DNA of 63,389 nt, filler included, from Licmophora abbreviata (lineage: Eukaryota): the NCBI GenBank assembly GCA_900291995.1. It is 20 parts of 20 records of this genome, joined end to end, with 100 filler letters (N's around TTAATTAATTAA, not from the genome) between each part and the next. Parts side by side here need not be neighbours in the genome. Positions count along the whole stretch, not along the records: positions 41,061 to 44,589 come from OLMU01002904.1; positions 44,690 to 50,341 come from OLMU01002905.1; positions 50,442 to 52,621 come from OLMU01002906.1; positions 52,722 to 53,988 come from OLMU01002908.1; 16 more parts are not named here. One strand, given 5' to 3'. Position 1 is the stretch's first letter, and every line of letters begins with the position of its first letter. The notes beneath the pieces are model-generated. The model was not told the origin of the DNA, did not search any database, and saw only the letters and a list, made by a program, of their open reading frames with translations. Position numbers and translations under genes: made by a program. Of the stretch, positions 41,839 through 52,769 are shown piece after piece.

Positions 41839-43482
41839 TTATTCGTAAATCTCTTGTTCCAGTGCCTCAAAGAATGACGCCACCTCTGACCAAGCCATAG
41901 TTTCACTGGATTCTTCGAAAACACCGTCCTTTAGGTTCCAGCCTGGGAAAGCAGAGACTTGGAAACTACTTTTCTCAGGGCGGTAAAATTCAACGCCGTG
42001 AGACAAAAATGACGAAAAGCATTTATGTGCGTCTTTTCCTGTGCCAATTTTGCTGAAGGCCGGTGACGTATCCCAACCCCGTTTTTCAACTTCATACAAT
42101 AAGATAGCATCCCGGCTCATAAAGTCCGACTCTCTGTAGCGCCGCCGGAATTCACTCAAAGAAATAGAAACTAGACCGCGCTGTTTTCCATCAATTAGCA
42201 TCAGGTCAATAAGAGGGTTCCCTAGTGCAAAACACCTTTCGGATAATTCTTTGCCGAATTTGATGTTTAGATAAAAAGCCGCATATAAAAACCACAACAA
42301 AGACCCAATGTCTGCTCTTCTGACACAAACGTCGGCTCCCCATCTTACGACGCGCTTCTGGTTTACTTCTATGCTGCTAAATCGTTCGCAGATCCCTAAA
42401 TAAATTGGAAAAATCCATCTAGCATTATGCGGTGCCGCAAATATTAACCGTTGCAGGTATTCAAGAACAAGTTCGCGATGCGCGTTTGAAGCGAGTTGCC
42501 TACCAAACTTTTTAAGCGAATATCCGACCACGTTCGAGTTCGGGTGATCAGACATGCATCTATATAATTGATCAAAGAATGCTTCGACTGCACGCGTACC
42601 ACTCAACCTTGAAACAAAATCAAAAGATCTTTGCCAATTTGAAGGGGCAAAATCTAACCCACCATCGAGCCGAGTTTTATAGTCATTAAGACGCAACTCC
42701 ATTCGTTGTATGGCCCAAACAAATTTGCTCTGTGCTAACTCTGCCTCTTCAATGCGAAATATTCCAAACTGGTAATCATCTATATTGTGGAAGAAAGCTG
42801 AAGGATTGATCTCACTATGATTTTTTACCATGTCGTAATCAATTCTAGAGAGAATTAGTTCTGATATTATACGCGACGTATCTGGCCCAATTGGTATTCC
42901 CACTGTCTGCTTTGCATTGCAATTTCGTGTGAGGGTATCCAACTCATCACTCCAATGACTCTTCAAAGATTTATTATGAAATCGCTTCTTAGCCTCGGTT
43001 TTACCAAGTACAGCCCACGGAATTGAGTGGGTATAGATCGTTCCATAAAAGCGATTAATATCTAGGGTCAGCACTTTGGGAAACGATCCAGCCATATGCT
43101 TTAAGTTCTGGCGCTTTGTAGCCAATGAAGCTGTATGAATGGCTCGACCAGAGGCTGTTTTATTTGGAAACGTGGGGCGCGAACCCGAGCTTGAAGAAAG
43201 CTTGTAGACCCTTTGAAAGTTACTCCACTGCGCGGCTATAAACTCCGACAATATACAATAATTAACTGGATTTATAATTCCGAAAGTTCTCAAATTTCCT
43301 TGATAAGTTGAACCGTCAAAGTTCAGCATCACGCTATCATGCTTGGTTCTTTGATTACTCAAATTCGCCAAAATAGAACTGGCCGCACTGGAATAGTTCC
43401 TCGTCGCAAACACGGGAGGCAACTCCACAGGGTAAAACCCTCTGTCTAGGAGACGGACAAGTCTGGTGCGCTTGGAACTCAT
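41839..43482 (-). CDS. Abi/DRT-like (putatively anti-phage) reverse transcriptase with alpha-helical C-terminal domain
   Basis: LDINRFYGTIYTHSIPWA (D141), QTVGIPIGPDTSRIISEL, HNIDDY (D235/D236), LRLNDYKT; N-terminal LL.RGFYP.ELPP.F. Much more AT-rich than its neighbours. Confidence 0.9.
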   Translation of the reverse strand: MSSKRTRLVRLLDRGFYPVELPPVFATRNYSSAASSILANLSNQRTKHDSVMLNFDGSTYQGNLRTFGIINPVNYCILSEFIAAQWSNFQRVYKLSSSSGSRPTFPNKTASGRAIHTASLATKRQNLKHMAGSFPKVLTLDINRFYGTIYTHSIPWAVLGKTEAKKRFHNKSLKSHWSDELDTLTRNCNAKQTVGIPIGPDTSRIISELILSRIDYDMVKNHSEINPSAFFHNIDDYQFGIFRIEEAELAQSKFVWAIQRMELRLNDYKTRLDGGLDFAPSNWQRSFDFVSRLSGTRAVEAFFDQLYRCMSDHPNSNVVGYSLKKFGRQLASNAHRELVLEYLQRLIFAAPHNARWIFPIYLGICERFSSIEVNQKRVVRWGADVCVRRADIGSLLWFLYAAFYLNIKFGKELSERCFALGNPLIDLMLIDGKQRGLVSISLSEFRRRYRESDFMSRDAILLYEVEKRGWDTSPAFSKIGTGKDAHKCFSSFLSHGVEFYRPEKSSFQVSAFPGWNLKDGVFEESSETMAWSEVASFFEALEQEIYE

Positions 43483-43529
43483 AATCGGACTTCACCCTAC
43501 TTCCAAAATACAATCAATAGAAGAATGCG

Positions 43530-43685
43530 GCCCCAGACGCGCCCGGCCCGAGGGTGGGCGCCTGAAACGGTGGGTAGAAGCCACTGGATTGCAGCGAGGC
43601 TGCCGGGTCTTTCCATTCGTGACGGTGCAGACGCGCCCGCCCATGGGGGCGGGTCGGGCGCGGCCCGGCGGTGCCGCCGGGCGGG
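43530..43685. repeat. GC-rich multi-hairpin element upstream of the RT (REP/MITE-like or ncRNA)
   Basis: Direct repeat cagacgcgccc (43534, 43628), each copy opening a hairpin (43539-43561, 43633-43661), plus hairpin gcccggcgg/ccgccgggc (43663-43682). Confidence 0.65.
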
Positions 43686-43710
43686 ACGTCGAGCAAGGGT
43701 CTGCGCCCCC

Positions 43711-44589
43711 CTACCCCTCGATAACCCCCTGAAACTCCCGCCATTCGCCCTTGGACATGCCTGAGGTTTCCTGCGTGACCTCTTCACCTTTCAACATCCG
43801 GCGCACACACTCAAGGGCTGTGGACGAGAGCGTAGCGCCGCCCATGCGGTAATCCTCGAAGGCGCGGTAGGCGGCGGGGACCCAATCGGCGACGATGGCG
43901 CAGATCGCGTCGGCATAGACGCGGATCTCGTACTGGGCATGGGCATCGGCGCGCAGGCGCAGGAAATGCAGCAGGTTGTGCAGATCGACCTTCCAGTACC
44001 ATTGCGTATAGATATTGGCGGGCAGGTTCATGCGGGCCAGTTCGCGGGCCAGACCCTGCTGGCCCTCGTCCGAGATCATCGCCTCGTAATGGTCATAGCA
44101 GCGCATCGCGTCGTCGCGCAGGATGCGCAGGACACGCTCGGCCTCGTCGCCCGAAAGGGCCTCGCCCCGGCCCTGATTGTTGGTGGTGGATTGCGCGGCG
44201 AGCGCGTCGGGGGCGGGAATGTAGAATTCGCGGTCGAGGATCGAGTAGCGGGCGGAGTATTCATTGACGTTGGCGGTGCGGTGGCGGATCCACTGGCGGG
44301 CGACGAAGACGGGCAGTTTGACGTGGAGTTTGATCTCGCACATCTCGAACGGGGTGGAGTGCCAGTGGCGCATCAGGTAGCGGATCAGCCCCTCGTCATT
44401 GGAGACCGATTTGGTGCCCTTGCCATAGGAGACGCGGGCGGCCTGACAGATGGCGGCGTCGTCGCCCATGTAGTCGACCACCCGGACGAAGCCGTGATCG
44501 AGCACCGGGTGGGCGGTGTAGAGATGCGCCTCCATCCCCGGCGAGACGGCCCGGAGGGTCTGGGCCGGGGAGCTGCGGAGCGTGTCGAT
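43711..44589 (-). CDS. thyX: FAD-dependent thymidylate synthase, 5'-truncated
   Basis: [31 protein letters not shown] (ThyX motif), ARELAR..LP, HAQYEIR. Confidence 0.97.
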   Translation of the reverse strand: MDTLRSSPAQTLRAVSPGMEAHLYTAHPVLDHGFVRVVDYMGDDAAICQAARVSYGKGTKSVSNDEGLIRYLMRHWHSTPFEMCEIKLHVKLPVFVARQWIRHRTANVNEYSARYSILDREFYIPAPDALAAQSTTNNQGRGEALSGDEAERVLRILRDDAMRCYDHYEAMISDEGQQGLARELARMNLPANIYTQWYWKVDLHNLLHFLRLRADAHAQYEIRVYADAICAIVADWVPAAYRAFEDYRMGGATLSSTALECVRRMLKGEEVTQETSGMSKGEWREFQGVIEG

Positions 44590-44689
44590 NNNNNNNNNNN
44601 NNNNNNNNNNNNNNNNNNNNNNNNNNNNNNNNNTTAATTAATTAANNNNNNNNNNNNNNNNNNNNNNNNNNNNNNNNNNNNNNNNNNNN
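44590..44689. other. Artificial contig linker marking the bacterium/eukaryote junction (one of 19 identical linkers)
   Basis: N44-TTAATTAATTAA-N44 puts stops in all six frames; base composition and gene structure change abruptly across it. Confidence 0.97.
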
Positions 44690-46953
44690 CCATCGGGGGG
44701 AGTCGTTGATCACGTGACCAAAGTGGCCTTTCATACTGCAACGAGTAGCAGCAGTCCAAGTGGACCGCGATGGACCAACGAGCCGGTGGCCAGTTCGCTT
44801 CGACTTTCAGCGCAGAGTTTGGTGGAGATATGGAGTCTTTCACAGCAGCAGGAACCATCCAAGATCTATTGGCCGCCATTTGTCGAAGCTGCCTGGAGAG
44901 CTTGTGTCGAGTCTAGTCTTGGCAGCGAAGATCTGCTCTCAGGTCTGCTGTTGTTGATATCGACATCGTCGTGTCGACTTGGCGTTCGAAGATGTCTGAA
45001 CTCTATTCTGCTTCCCACGAGTGACTCAACACAGCAATCTGACTCTTCGCTTGCTACCCTACTTCAAGGCTGTCGTGTGTTGATTGCGTCCTTGTTGAAT
45101 TACTGTCAGCACGTAAGTAGAAAAGCACGGACCAGATCAGATCGATTTGCTCGATCGATACGATGGTATCCTCTCACCCACTACTTTCCACTACCACTGT
45201 CCTTCTACACCAGAACAACTTGATGGTCGCCACCACTTCCGCGGCGCTCTTACACTCTCTTCTCAGTGACCGCCAAGATGTTGCGACGCACGACGAACTG
45301 TCACGTGCACTTTGGTCGGCCGTGTCCTCGTTTCCTTTGGAACGGTTGCTAGATGGCGTTGTCAAACTGTCGACATCGTCCCGTGCTTGTCAGCCTCTCT
45401 TGCTGCATATGATGGACACTGTTGATCTGATCATGTGCTACGCGGATGACAGTAGTGCGTTCTTTTCGAAAGTCGGAAGACAAAGAGTTGAATCGCTCAT
45501 TGGCGTAATGAGCAGCGCGGGAACGACGCCAGGAGTTTCTGCCAATGGAAATGCCAGGCAAGATGAGGATGAAACACCCCCTACCAACAACTTGTCGCGG
45601 CTTGGCGATAGTCAAACTTCTTCGTTCCTGCCTTACCAAGAATCGAGAGACTGTCATGGGCTCGACCGACAAATCAAAATGGCTGCCGCCACCTCTCTTG
45701 CTCGTATGGGGTATTCAGACAGCAGTACCGTCGACGACGAGAACTCCGAACTTCTTCGGTCACGCATCCGTTCTGCGTTGTATGACTATGTGGCTGGCCT
45801 CGGGATAGAAAGAACGGCTCATGAGACGTCGTACACTTACACATGTCGGTCGGTTCGACTGTACGCGCTGCTCGGGTCCTGTTCACGGGAAAATGAAGCA
45901 CTCATCGCTTCAGTTGTAGCAGAATCGAACGAAAGCTACAGAAAAGAGCTGAACGACCGTCGACAAGACTTGCGAAACCAAGAGCAGCAGTTGGAAAAAT
46001 CTCGTCAGCACGCTCAAGCTACTATCGCAGAGAAGAACAAATACAAGAGCGCCATACGATCGCAAGCTGTCGTGTTGGAACGAGACGCGAACCGTAGACA
46101 GAAACAAGTTACTACCAAAGTCGAGCAACTCGTACAACTACATGCTTCCGAACGTGCCAGGGCTGAGGCTCGACTCGAAAAAATTCTTTCACAGGCAAAA
46201 GAAGTTGAAGCCATGAGAGTCGAGTCGGTGCGTCAAGCAGAAGCATCACGAGCGGCCGAAGGGGACGCCAAGACGGAACTTCGCCAAACTGTGGCCAAGC
46301 TGGAAGCAGTCCAAAGCGAGTTGAACGAAGGAAAAGCATTAGAAGTGACTCGGCGGGCAGAGTGGGATCATGCCCAGCAAGAGCTTTGTACCGCTCGGGA
46401 CGCGCTTCAAGGCCTCGAGACCCGCTACGATGCCGGTTGCAAGGAGCTTCATACGACGCAACGAGACCTTTCTGAAATGAAGAACTCGTACGGACATCTC
46501 CAAGACGAACTAGAGGTTGTGTTCTCCAACCTGTCCGCTCTCGCACAGATCTACGAGGCCAAGGAGACAGAAGTCGCAACGATTGTCGAACTGAAGGACC
46601 GCGCCGTCCAAGAAGCTCGTCGACAGTCCGACGAAGAGATCCAGCGCAACGAGGAGCTTGCCGAGAATTTGACCCGCGTGGAGCTAGAAAATGATCGGCT
46701 CAAGAAGAAGCTCGCTCGGGCAAAAGAGAAGCTTGAAAGGGAACGTCAGGCTAGACAAGACGACGAGGCTCGACGAAAGCGTTCCGGGCCGATCTCTTAC
46801 ATCAATCAAATGCACAGCTCGAGGTCTTCAGAGCGATCAACTGATCGATCCGACAAGGATTCTCGATCGGAAAGAAAGGCACTGGCGGGAAAGGAAAACA
46901 GCCGCTCTCATTCTTCATCCTCAAGAGACTATTCACGATCGGCTCGCTCGTAG
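44690..46953 (+). CDS. Eukaryotic hypothetical protein with long C-terminal coiled coil; intron 45113-45213; probably 5'-partial
   Basis: A phase-0 GTAAGT...CAG intron joins ORF 44714 to ORF 45163 in frame; E/Q/R/K heptad-rich region. Confidence 0.7.
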
Positions 46954-47016
46954 CCCATTACACATACTTATAATGCATAAAAGGGATCCTTTACGCAGAA
47001 ATCATGTCGTTAGATA

Positions 47017-48889
47017 TCATTGTGTTCTTTTACTCTTAGCCTCCTCAACTTTCCTTGGCGATATTGGCCCGAAACGAGTTTGATGCAGCCACACGCCGGC
47101 CAATCGCAGCGTGTTGAAAACTCCGAATCCCATCCAAACACCGGCCAAACCGAACTTCTGCGGCAAGGTGTTCAGAGCCCAAAGGCATCCCGCGGTGGCG
47201 ACTACAGTGCTCAGCGACAGCTGCAAGAAGTTCCCGCAACCCACCATGACACCTTCACCAATGAAGACAAGCCCGTTTATTATCTGATAGATGCTGGCAA
47301 GATATGAAGGCATCAATGCAGCGTCTCGTACTTCCTGCAGTGGCGTCGACTTATGCAAAAAGGGAAGCAGGGCAATCTGAAGTCCTCCGAGCAAGATGCC
47401 TAAGATGAATCCCCAGCTCATAAGTCGGTTGACAGTGCGTTGCGCAGCCACGACGCCACCCGAAACGTGTCGCCCCCGTTTATCCTTCTTCTCCACTAGT
47501 TCATTAGGAACCACAGTCTGTGCCACCGTTGACAGAGCTAGCAACACAATTCCTCCAACTTGAAATACCTGAATTGCCATCGCGTGCGCTGCTGCCGCAA
47601 CACCCGTCTCGTCAATCGACTGTGTTACCCGCGTCACGGCGAGAAACGTCAAGTTGAGCGCGAAGTTTCGCAATTGCAGGGCCGCGCCTCCTTTGAGGAG
47701 GGGTTGCAATTTGGTCCAAGACGGAAGTCGGAAAACCTTTCGCCATCGAATCATTTGCTTCTTCCGGAGGAGTGTTAAATAGGTGACAGCCGAGACGATC
47801 TCAGCCGCCAAAGTCGCTAGTGCGGCGCCAGGAACCCCGAGGGCAAGGGAGAAAATAAGAATAGGATCGAGAACGGCGTTGAATATGTTCGCAAACAGAC
47901 TGATCTGAACTGGAGTAACGGTATCCAGCACCCCTACGTACACAGAAAAATCAATTCGAAATGAGCACGGGCGAGCACTCCAATAACGAGCGCGCGAGAG
48001 CGCTGGAGGAGTGACGTACCTCGAAACGCCGAAAACCCAATCAATGACATGAGCGATGGCAAGAACGCGAAGGATCGAATGAGAAGGTATGGCTTGGCGT
48101 ACTGTAATGCAGGAGCACCATCTACGAGAGAAGCAGGAGATGGGTCAAGGATGAGTCGGCTATAGGGGCAATGCGTCTCCTTCCCTACAGCACACGTTGC
48201 ATACCTTTCAGCACGGAGGATAGAACTTTCTCAGGATTGAGAAACAGAAGAGGACTGCCAATTAGAGCAATCAGAAGTCCTACCGCAAGAGCCTGGGAGA
48301 CTGCATCTTGCAGGCCCTCTTGATCACCCTTTGCATTCTCTTTGGAAACTAGCGTAGCAGTAACTGAGGGGAGAAAGGAAGCCAACCAGAAAGCGCTATT
48401 GAACACCTGGTTCGCAGCGGCCTGGCCAGCGACCGCCAGAGCGTTGCCCATTCGATTCACCCAAAAGAGGTCGACCGCTCCAATCAGCGGATTGATGGCA
48501 AAGTTTGCAATGCACGGCAACGCGATCTTAATAAGTCGCCGATCGAGTTCGTCCATCGAAGGCCAGAAGCTCACTTCTTCATCTGATCTCGAGCCTCCTC
48601 GCAATGCAGAAACTTCTTCCGACGGCTCTTGTTCGTCATCGTCGCTGTCGAGCACCTCCGCGTTCGACACTCCTAAGGGCGCAAGTACACACGCATGTTG
48701 CCTCGCTGCTCTCTGTTGGAGTGGTAGTGCGGGACCATTCTTCCGTACTTCTCGGTTCAGGCGACTGTCAGGACGATTCTGTGAAGTTCCGAGTGACGCA
48801 AAACACAACACTCCAAAGTTTTCCCCAACTCCCATCCAAGAGACCCAAAGCGCTACAAGCAAAGAGTACCTTGGACGCAGCATGGTCAA
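47017..48889 (-). CDS. MATE (DinF-like) transporter with N-terminal targeting presequence; introns 48122-48204 and 47934-48019
   Basis: IALP..ANFAINPL.GAVD; splicing restores FSAFRGVLDTVTP; NAVLDPILIF..LGVPGAALAT. Confidence 0.9.
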
Positions 48890-49290
48890 TTTCAGAATAT
48901 TCGATCTCGGGCCGGTATCGAGCGGCTTGGTTTCTGTTTCTGAGTCGGGACTAGAATTATCACTCCTGTTTTGGTTCCCCGCGAATGAAGCTGTCTCTGC
49001 TGTGTCGTCAAGTAAGATAGTTGCTGTTTCTTCTTTGCTACTGATGTGTTTGACACCCTCTCGTAGCGATTATCACGACGTGCTCTCTCTCGCATCGGCT
49101 TCGTCGTCAGTCGGCATCAGCGCACAGTCAGCGCACGAGCGCGCGTCTCGGATGACGTGCAGTCAGGGTCTGAAATGCTTCCACGTGGATCCAAGGAACA
49201 AACACTTTTGCCGCGCGAGTCGCGCGAGGCCTCCGCGGCACCGCACATTGTCTCTTTCATCTTTTTCATCGACATCAGGAGAGAGACACC

Positions 49291-50645
49291 ATGTGAGTGT
49301 GTTTTTGGCGTTAGTGGAGCTTGATGCATTCGTCAGGCTACACATTTTGCTTGACAGAGTCGAATGGAGATAACGGGTTGTCTCAGCTGATTGAAAACGC
49401 GAATGAACTGTCCGAATCTCGTGTTTTACCCCTCCGACCATGGCGGTATCCCTTTCGTCTCAATCCTTGTCGTAGAAGCTACGTGACTTTAGTACCACTC
49501 TCATTTTTACCGCTTACTAACCTTTTGCTGTTATCCCTGCCATCGCAGGTCCCATCGCAAGTTCGAAGCTCCCCGCCACGGCAGTTTGGGTTTCCTTCCC
49601 AAGAAGAGAACCAAGCACCACGCTGGTCGTGTTCGTTCCTTCCCTAAGGACTCGTCGGAGAATGAACCTCATCTCACGGCGTTCCGTGGCTACAAGGCCG
49701 GTATGACACACGTGGTGCGCGGTGTCGACCGTCCCGGTGCTCTCATGCACAAGCGTGAAGTCGTCGATGCCGTCACGATTCTCGAGACGCCTCCCATGGT
49801 GGTTGTCGGTGTGGTTGGCTACGTGGAGACCCCCCACGGTCTTCGCACTCTCACCACTGTTTTTGCAGAGCATTTGAGTGAGGAGTTCAAGCGTCGCGTG
49901 TACAAGAACTGGTACAAGAGCAAGAAAAAGGCTTACAACAAGTATGCTCTCAAGTACCAGACGGATGGAGGCAAGGACATTGAGCATGAGCTTGACCGCA
50001 TCGCCAAGTTCTGCTCGGTCGTCCGTGTGATTGCCCACACGCAGGTTAAGAAGCTGAACCTTCGCATCAAGAAGGCTCACATCATGGAGATTCAGATCAA
50101 TGGTGGCGCCGATGCCAAATCCAAGGTGGACTTTGCCAAATCTCTCTTTGAGAAGGAGATCACTGTCGACTCTGTCTTTGGACAGGACGAACAGGTCGAT
50201 GTCATGGGCGTTACCAGGGGACACGGATATGAGGGCGTCACGACTCGTTGGGGTGTTTCCCGCTTGCCGCGTAAGACCCACCGTGGTCTTCGCAAGGTTG
50301 CCTGTATTGGATCTTGGCATCCTGCTCGTGTCTCGACGACTNNNNNNNNNNNNNNNNNNNNNNNNNNNNNNNNNNNNNNNNNNNNTTAATTAATTAANNN
50401 NNNNNNNNNNNNNNNNNNNNNNNNNNNNNNNNNNNNNNNNNGTCATGCTCAAGGGAGCGGTTGTTGGTGTCAAGAAGCGCCCGCTAGTGATCCGCAAGTC
50501 GTTGATGAAGCACTCGTCGCGCAAGCATCTCGAAAAGATTGACCTCAAGTTCATCGACACCAGCTCCAAGCTTGGACATGGACGCTTCCAGACGGCCGAG
50601 GAGAAGGACAAGTTCCTTGGCCCGCTTGCTTCCAAGCAGAACTGA
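49291..50645 (+). CDS. RPL3: 60S ribosomal protein L3 (uL3); intron 49293-49548 splits the ATG; gap 50342-50441
   Basis: [59 protein letters not shown]. Confidence 0.97.
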
Positions 50646-50794
50646 GTAATGGATCGCGTGGCTTCTTCAGTAGTGGGTTATCTATCAAAATAGTAACACT
50701 TTGCGAGATATAGCGTACGCAGTTTCTAGGTTAGCGGAACTCTATTGAATGCCCACAATGGGAACGAGAAGGAGAGCATGCGACGCACCGTCGT

Positions 50795-51855
50795 TTACAT
50801 TTTAAACAAAGGTACTAAATGTGTCGGCGTTTGTCGGTGCCTTTCAAAGAGCGCTTCCGCGGCATCTCGCGTAGGCAGAGATCCAAGCTCCGCTCCAACT
50901 TCCTCACAGTGAACGCCACCTACCACAAACACACTATCTATACCCGTCGCGTTAGCTCCAGCGACATCGTGGTGCAAAGAATCTCCAACATGCGCCACTC
51001 GGTCCCTTGGGAGCCCCAAGTCTCGCAGACATGATTCGAAATGCGGCACATGGGGTTTACCGAAGGAGAGGCAGGACCCTCCCATCTCTTCATACAGCTG
51101 CGCGATCTTTCCTGCGGAACGTTGATATAGTATGAAACATTACTTAAGGTGAGTTTCTTTCTGTTCTCGAAGACAAGCATATGCGATTGGAGTCGACGAT
51201 TGAGGAATAACCTACCGGGCATATGGCCCTGAGTACCGTCATGCTTCACCATGACAAAGTCAGGATTCGCACAAACCATAGGAAGCTTTCGCTTCAAACA
51301 TGACTTCAGAAGTGGCTCTACTACCTCGGACAGATTTCCTGTAATTGGAAACGATCCCAATGAAGTTTCCTTGGCTTCCCCATCGGCGCCGGGCCCCCGC
51401 ACTACCTCAGCGCCATGCAACAAGACAAAATCGGCTTCGTCGACAGTTTCAGCTACCACAATATCACCACATTTGTTCAAAAAGTCGATTGGCGATGGCG
51501 TTTTCGGATATCTCCATGTGATCCAAAGTGCCTTCTTTGACGAGTACGCGCCTTTCACGTACTGACTGCACTCCTCGCCACTCGTAACAGCTCCGAGAAA
51601 CTTGGACGAGTCAAATCCTAGCAAGGGCAGTTTACGAATGGTCGCAGAGGCCGCGGACGATGAGTTGGACAAAATAATGAGTTTCTTTCCCTTGTCATGC
51701 AGTTCATTAACACAATCCACGGCTCCGTCCAATGCCGCGGTGCCATTGTGCAGGACGCCAAATTGGTCGAGAATAAAGCCATCGTAGAAGTCTGCAATTT
51801 CCGTAAAAGACGAACGCATCACAAAACCTTTATCAGTAGTGCTCTTGGCGGCCAT
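50795..51855 (-). CDS. HAD-superfamily hydrolase (subfamily IIA); intron 51112-51215
   Basis: ILDQFGVLHNG, ILSNSS, CANPD, FGKP, HVGDSLHHDVAGA. Confidence 0.9.
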
Positions 51856-52121
51856 GGTGGGGTGATGAAATGGATATATTATTGTTGCTATCTGAGTCGC
51901 CGGCGTAATTGGATGGATCGGCATTGTCGATGTGAGTCAGTCAGTGTGTGCGATGTGCTCTTTTCGAACGAAGATCAAAGAGTGACGACGTACGGACTGC
52001 AGAAGAGTACCCGGAAGTAATTTAGAAGAAGTCGGGACACGAGGCGCGCCAAAAATTTTGTACTGGTACCGGGTTTAGTAGGCGCAACACCACAAATCAA
52101 TCGCATCCGTCTTGCAAGGTC

Positions 52122-52621
52122 ATGTCCTCTGCTGCTGCAGGCACCGTTTCTCTCAGCGAGTACGAGAAGATTCGTGCTGGCAACATCGAGAGAAACAACG
52201 CTCGCTTGAGAGAGCTGGGATTGATCTCGGCGCTGGAACAGGAGCGGTCCAATGCTGCCGCGTGGGGGCGACCTGTACTCTTAGAGCAGGAAAGGAGTTC
52301 TTCGGATGAGGAACAGAGCGACGAAGAATGGTCTGACAATGATCAAGGTGACTCCAGTCCCCAGAGAAAACGCAAGCGGCGCAACAAGCTATCCACCTCT
52401 GACGGCAACCTGGCGCTACATCCGTCGTCTCCCAGCCGCAAGTCGCGACGACTGCAAGGACTTACGCCAGAAGCAGGAAATTTTGTTTCGAAAGAACTTA
52501 TGACAAAGGAAGACGTTCATCAGGAGCGACAAAATCGCGTTCAGGAGTGTCGTCTGGCTCGTTTGAAGGCTGCCAAGATAGTGGCCGATGCGACGGGGGG
52601 ATATCAAAAGGCTGCCACGGA
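52122..52621 (+). CDS. Hypothetical nuclear protein, 3'-truncated
   Basis: SEYEKIR..NIERN...L.ELGL N-terminus, acidic stretch, KRKRR NLS-like motif, RKSRRL. Confidence 0.6.
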
Positions 52622-52769
52622 NNNNNNNNNNNNNNNNNNNNNNNNNNNNNNNNNNNNNNNNNNNNTTAATTAATTAANNNNNNNNNNNNNNNNNNNNNNN
52701 NNNNNNNNNNNNNNNNNNNNNAAAGACGTGTTGAGAAAAGATATCAAGAAACAAGCCGCATGACACTTA

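Noticed and set aside
41839..43482. RT as a retron, group II intron, DGR or CRISPR-associated RT
   Set aside because: No VTG or NAxxH retron motifs, no GxPQG/YADD or intron flanks, no TR/VR pair or Avd, and no cas genes or array; motifs fit the Abi/DRT class.
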